Assembly (NCBI GenBank): GCA_033763455.1 | Contig: JANRKO010000033.1 | Span: 160,001-224,000 of the forward strand | Source: Polyangiaceae bacterium | GTDB taxonomy: Bacteria > Myxococcota_A > Polyangia > Polyangiales > Polyangiaceae | Direction of reading: 5' to 3' | Length of the DNA: 64,000 nt | Shown: positions 59,337 to 64,000 of the stretch, in pieces | Position numbering within the stretch: position 1 is the stretch's first letter | Layout: the number at the start of each line of letters is the position of its first letter | The notes under the pieces: model-generated | What the model saw: only the letters and a program-made list of their open reading frames with translations | Database searches by the model: none | What the model was told of the DNA's origin: nothing | Program-made: the position numbers and the translations under genes

Positions 59337-60890
59337 TCAACGGCTCTTCTTGCCTAAAAGCTTGTTCCAAAGCGCAGTTTCCGCGGCAGCTGCGCCCTTG
59401 CCCACGCTCGGAGAGCCGGCTTTTCGAATCTCGGCATACGCTACCTCGTTCGCCTCCGCCACCAACTCAAAACTTACAAAGCCCTCCACGGCGAGAACCC
59501 TGAAAACTTGCATTTCAGGCGCTGCATGCTGACGCAACAGCCGCTCCTCTACGGGTGAAAGCTCTTGCGGCCTCCCCATCTGTACCCACGTCTCCCACGC
59601 GCTCCCGGCGCCCGCTCGGATCCGCTCAACCACCACGAGGTGCTCCCCGGGGCCGTGAGCCGGCACACTCACCCTCTCTCGAAGCTCAGGTTGCTCCAAC
59701 ACTTCTAGAGGCTTGTGGTTACTCGCAATCACGTGAGTTGCCGTAGCATCTCGCGTCGCGCACAGCACGTGTTCAGGGTGCCTCGATGATCCCGACGCAA
59801 GCCGTAAGCGGGGCCCACGCAGCCGACTCATCAAGAGGAAAGCGTTAAACGATGCTTTGGGGATCCCATGAACCGTAAGGAGCCCGTAGGTGCAAGAATA
59901 GGGACTCAAAGGGAAGCCTACTTCTTCGAAGATATCGCTCACTACCCAGAAGAAGAAGGAATCTGCGGCACTATCAAGGGCAAGGCAATTTTCAACGATA
60001 AAGGAGGCCGCAAATAAATTATCGTTCGTCGGGTTCTCCACGCAGCTCACCGACATGCCGGCATCCGCAGACATGGCGTTCCACTCGGTCCAATGCAGCT
60101 CAAGCTCTGGGTAGGCAGAAGCCTTGATTTTGGCCTGTGCTTCGAGCGCCGTGGTCCGAAAAAAAGTTCCGGGAGAGTAGGGGCTCGTGCCAGGCTCGCT
60201 GAACTCCACGTATTCATCTTGCGGGTAGAGGTGTGTGGAAACAAAGTCGAGCGGCACCTCGTTCTTGGCGCAGTAGTCGATAAATTCCGTGATCCAGCGA
60301 GCTTGGCTCGAAGCTGGGCCACCCACTCGCAGCTGAGAATCGGCGCGCCGCAAGCCGTGCGCTGACGCGCGGTACAACTCAAAGTACTCAGCTTGGCTGC
60401 CCGACCAAAAGCAGTCCAAGTTGGGCTCATTCCACACCTCAAAATACCAACTACGCACCTCCTCGACCCCGTAGCGGCCCATGCAGTGCAGGGCGAAAGC
60501 GTACGCCAGCTCCTCCCACTCTCTATAATCCTTCGGAGGTGTGACGTTCATCTGATAGAAGAACATCTTCTGCTCACCCGAAGCGAGCGCGCTCGGCATA
60601 GGGTTCAGCTCTACAAATGGCTTTAGCCCCATGCTCAACAGCGCATCAAACACTTTGTCCACATGCTGCCACTGATAGACAACCTGGCCCGCCGCCGTTC
60701 GCTGGACCACCGCCATATCATCGTGGAAAATCCCATGAAATCGACAGTATTTGAACCCAATCTCTGCCTGTGCGCGGCGCAAATGGGAAAGTAGATCTTC
60801 CCTCAGAAGTTCGTAAGCGCGCCCCACGGCAATGCCCTTCTTCCATGGCATTCGGAGCGGTAAACCTGTGGCGTCGATTTCAAAGCGCAT
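59337..60890 (-). CDS. Glycoside hydrolase family 39 (beta-xylosidase-like)
   Basis: RFHGIFHDDM, FEVWNEPN (acid/base), VGGPA, DFVSTH.YP, TEWN (nucleophile). Start set at ATG 60890 with an AAGGAG RBS. Confidence 0.9.
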   Translation of the reverse strand: MRFEIDATGLPLRMPWKKGIAVGRAYELLREDLLSHLRRAQAEIGFKYCRFHGIFHDDMAVVQRTAAGQVVYQWQHVDKVFDALLSMGLKPFVELNPMPSALASGEQKMFFYQMNVTPPKDYREWEELAYAFALHCMGRYGVEEVRSWYFEVWNEPNLDCFWSGSQAEYFELYRASAHGLRRADSQLRVGGPASSQARWITEFIDYCAKNEVPLDFVSTHLYPQDEYVEFSEPGTSPYSPGTFFRTTALEAQAKIKASAYPELELHWTEWNAMSADAGMSVSCVENPTNDNLFAASFIVENCLALDSAADSFFFWVVSDIFEEVGFPLSPYSCTYGLLTVHGIPKASFNAFLLMSRLRGPRLRLASGSSRHPEHVLCATRDATATHVIASNHKPLEVLEQPELRERVSVPAHGPGEHLVVVERIRAGAGSAWETWVQMGRPQELSPVEERLLRQHAAPEMQVFRVLAVEGFVSFELVAEANEVAYAEIRKAGSPSVGKGAAAAETALWNKLLGKKSR

Positions 60891-61063
60891 GGGGGAGACT
60901 CCTTGCATGTAGTGGCACGGCGCAGGTGACTCTAGAATGTCAGGCTCCTCGGGCCACGCAGAGTTCCGCCAATCGCGTTCATATTTACGTCGATCCCAAG
61001 CGACTGTTGGGGTCGGGGCCCTGATGGCTTTGAAGGGCCCTTGAAAGAGTGGCCGAAAGCTCA

Positions 61064-61283
61064 GAGGGCCATTCTGAAATAAACCCGGCACATCTTCTTC
61101 AGGGATTATTTGTGTAGCCACCCCCTGCTTGCCACCGAGTACCAGAGCCTAAAGGAAGACCTGCAAGTCAAATTCGATGGAGACCGCCACAAGTATCAGA
61201 ACGGGAAGTCTGCCTTCTGCGATAGAATCCTAGCTCATCTAAGGATGGATTTCTCGAACCCCAGCGAAGAGGATGTGGTGTAG
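61064..61283 (+). pseudogene. GrpB/UPF0157-family C-terminal remnant
   Basis: The frame from 61083 reads TRHIFFRDYLCSHPLLATEYQSLKEDLQVKFDGDRHKYQNGKSAFCDRIL. It is preceded by EGHSEI in another frame (1-nt shift at about 61080). No start codon or N-terminus. Confidence 0.78.
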
Positions 61284-61517
61284 GAGCCTCGCTGTCACCC
61301 CACACATCAACCCCGACGGTTAGGAACAATGGGGGAGAGTTCGCCGTTCCGGGTGTGGCTGCCGCTCCCGGAGTCCTCCGGCCAAGATGCCCTAACGTCA
61401 GATCGCCCCCTTGACGGTTGCTTGAAGCGATTTAGGTTTCGTTCAACGTTCAGTCACCAGTTTCTTTGAACCGCGCTTCGGACTCCCTTGGCCCGAACGG
61501 TTAACGAAAGGCTCTTA

Positions 61518-63911
61518 ATGTCCACTCTCCGTGATGGCGCACCCCTCCCCCAAAATCCCTTCCCCGTCATCGCACTACGCTCCGGCGTTGTATTCCCGGG
61601 CACCACGTTGACGCTCACAGTGGGGCGCCCAAGCTCCATCGCGCTCATTCGGCGCCTGCATATTGGGGACGTGATCGGCGTCGCCACGCAGCACTCGGCC
61701 AATACCGTGGAGCCACACGCGAGCGATCTTTACCAAACGGGAAGCTTCGCCAAAGTGGTCCAAATTGTTCGCCAGAGCGACACGCGATTTCAAGTTGCGT
61801 TGGAGGGCCTCGGGCGCGCCTCGTTTTCCGAGTTCGTGGAAGATGGGCCATTCTTGCGCGCCAATGGTGAGCTCTTACCAGAAGTGCACGGTGACACCCC
61901 GGAGGCTGAGCTTTGGGCTGAGCAGTTGCGCGAGAAGGTCGGGCAAACGCTGAACCACGCGGGCGGTGCGTTGGAGGAGCATAATCTGAAGGCTTTGAGC
62001 CCTTCGGAAGCCGCTGATCGTGTGGCTTCGGTGCTACCCATCGAGACCGAGCAAACGGTAGCCGTGCTGGCGGAGGCACGCGTGCCGGAACGCGTGCAGA
62101 AGGTGCTTTCGCTGCTCAACGAGGCGCAGGTGCGCTCCGAGCTCAAGGCCAAGATCGAAAAGGATGTGCGCGAGCAGTTTGGCAAACATCAGCGCGATGC
62201 CGTGCTGCGAGAGCAACTCAAGGCGATCAAAAAGGAACTCGGAGAAAAAGAGGGCGATGACGTAGAAGCCCTGCGCCAGAAGTTTGAAGCCAAAAACCCT
62301 CCCGCCGAGATCAAGGAGGCTTTCGAGAAAGAGCTCGGCCGTTTGGACTCTGCACAGGGGCCAGAAGCCGGAGTGATCCGCAACTATCTGGATTGGCTTT
62401 CGGAGCTCCCTTGGAACGTGCGCGCTGAGACCCAAGACGATTTGGATGCTCTCTCAGCGCAGCTGGATCGAGATCACACGGGCCTCGAAGATGTGAAGAA
62501 GCGCATCTTGGAGCACATGGCTGTGCTGAAGCTCTCTGGCAACAAGAAGGGAACTATCTTGTGCCTGGTGGGGCCCCCAGGTGTCGGCAAAACGTCGCTT
62601 GGTGAGTCTATTGCCGAGGCGACTGGTAGGCCTTTTGCACGAGTGGCGTTGGGGGGCGTGCGGGATGAAGCAGAGATCCGCGGGCACCGCCGCACGTATG
62701 TGGGCGCATTGCCAGGCCGCTTGATCCACGCGCTGCGTAAGGTGAAAGCGAAAAATCCTGTAATCTTGCTCGATGAGATCGACAAGCTTTCCGCGGGCTA
62801 CTCGGGCTCACCCGAAGCTGCGTTGCTGGAGGTTCTCGACCCCGAGCAGAACCACACGTTCTCCGATCACTACGTGGAGCTACCGTTTGATCTGAGTGAG
62901 GTGCTATTTGTCTGCACCGCGAACACCTTGGAAACCATCGCGGCGCCCCTTCGAGATCGCTTGGAGATTGTGGAGCTGAATGGCTACACGCCCGAAGAAA
63001 AGCGGCAAATCGCCCGCAAGCATTTGATTTCGAAGCGCATCACGGAAAGTGGCGTACCCGAAAACACTCTGCTCATTACTGACGGTGCGTTGGATGCAAT
63101 CATCACTCGGTACACGCGTGAGGCTGGTGTGCGCCAATTGAGCCGGGAGCTGATGCGGTTGATCCGTTCGGTGGCCTTGCAGGTTGCGCGTCACCACGGT
63201 GACGAGCCGCTCAAGCTCACGGTGGATGCCGATCAAGTGAAGGAATATCTCGGCAAAGCGCGTTTCGAAACGGAGCTCTCCGAAGGCCCACAAACGCCCG
63301 GTATCGCTACCGGCCTAGCCTGGACCCCCTTTGGCGGCGACATTCTGTTCATTGAAACTTCAAAAATGCCTGGCAAAGGGCGCGTAGAAATCACGGGCCA
63401 GCTGGGCGATGTGATGAAAGAGTCGGCGCGCGCGGCACTGAGCTTTGTGAAGAGCCACACGGATTCTCTGGGAATTTCAGCGGACGCCGTGGATCAGTTC
63501 GACCTGCATATTCACGTGCCCGCCGGAGGCGTTCCCAAAGATGGCCCATCTGCAGGCGTCACCATCTTCACGGCGCTCGTTTCCCTGCTCACCGATCGTT
63601 TGGTTCGCTCCGATACGGCAATGACCGGCGAGTGTACTTTAAGGGGTCGTGTGTTGCCGGTAGGCGGCATCAAGGCGAAGGTCCTGGCGGCGCACCGTTC
63701 GGGCTTGCGAAGAGTTATTCTGCCGAAGAAAAATGCTCGTGACCTCGAGGATCTGCCTCCCACTATTCTGGCCGAAATGGAGGTCATCTTGGCTGAAGAC
63801 ATGACGGAGGTGCTCGCGGCAGCGCTCGAGGCAACTCCACATTCGGGCAAGCCCCTGCGCGCGCCCGAAGCCGCGCCACCGGAAACACCGATGGCGGACA
63901 TTGGAGCCTAA
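61518..63911 (+). CDS. lon: ATP-dependent Lon protease
   Basis: LON N-domain, GPPGVGKT, RGHRRTYVGA, LLDEIDK, GLAWT, HIHVPAG.VPKDGPSAG, GGIKAK. Confidence 0.97.
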   Translation: MSTLRDGAPLPQNPFPVIALRSGVVFPGTTLTLTVGRPSSIALIRRLHIGDVIGVATQHSANTVEPHASDLYQTGSFAKVVQIVRQSDTRFQVALEGLGRASFSEFVEDGPFLRANGELLPEVHGDTPEAELWAEQLREKVGQTLNHAGGALEEHNLKALSPSEAADRVASVLPIETEQTVAVLAEARVPERVQKVLSLLNEAQVRSELKAKIEKDVREQFGKHQRDAVLREQLKAIKKELGEKEGDDVEALRQKFEAKNPPAEIKEAFEKELGRLDSAQGPEAGVIRNYLDWLSELPWNVRAETQDDLDALSAQLDRDHTGLEDVKKRILEHMAVLKLSGNKKGTILCLVGPPGVGKTSLGESIAEATGRPFARVALGGVRDEAEIRGHRRTYVGALPGRLIHALRKVKAKNPVILLDEIDKLSAGYSGSPEAALLEVLDPEQNHTFSDHYVELPFDLSEVLFVCTANTLETIAAPLRDRLEIVELNGYTPEEKRQIARKHLISKRITESGVPENTLLITDGALDAIITRYTREAGVRQLSRELMRLIRSVALQVARHHGDEPLKLTVDADQVKEYLGKARFETELSEGPQTPGIATGLAWTPFGGDILFIETSKMPGKGRVEITGQLGDVMKESARAALSFVKSHTDSLGISADAVDQFDLHIHVPAGGVPKDGPSAGVTIFTALVSLLTDRLVRSDTAMTGECTLRGRVLPVGGIKAKVLAAHRSGLRRVILPKKNARDLEDLPPTILAEMEVILAEDMTEVLAAALEATPHSGKPLRAPEAAPPETPMADIGA

Positions 63912-64000
63912 GCAGGCGCTGCGCGCGGAATGACCGAAAAGTACTATAGGCGGCACCTTCTTGGCCTAAGAGCACCAAACTATCTTCATAGCTGGGCGAT

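Noticed and set aside
60891..61121. 77-aa N-terminal extension of GH39
   Set aside because: There is a strong RBS at ATG 60890, and the extension overlaps the GrpB remnant.

Overview
64 kb of bacterial chromosome, roughly 60% GC by eye. It is most likely Myxococcota (Polyangiales-like), inferred from many lipoproteins with Gly-rich GGxxx linkers, DUF1552/DUF1592 genes and a Cys-rich ferritin-like lipoprotein. About 54 intact CDS are present. Core genes include icd-mdh-sucC-sucD-ndk, argS, gluQ, greB, lon, ndh and bfr/bfd with a Fur box. No rRNA, tRNA, CRISPR array or intact mobile element was seen. Main points of interest: (1) an aeRF1/baeRF-family protein lacking the GGQ-type loop (Balon-like) is translationally coupled to a voltage-gated cation channel with a CavMr-type filter (TVEGWPD); (2) a 1084-aa receptor-like membrane protein of unknown function; (3) several proteins with altered catalytic or metal-ligand motifs (ImmA/IrrE YELAK, helicase DEPE, Bfr H130S, Cys-less aldo-keto reductase tail); (4) at least four gene remnants (VapB, M50 protease, SDR, GrpB) that suggest deletion-driven erosion; (5) a DUF1653-GNAT fusion, tandem sigma54-like promoters and several palindromes. 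All family calls rest on motif recognition by eye, not database searches, and start codons were re-chosen manually where noted.
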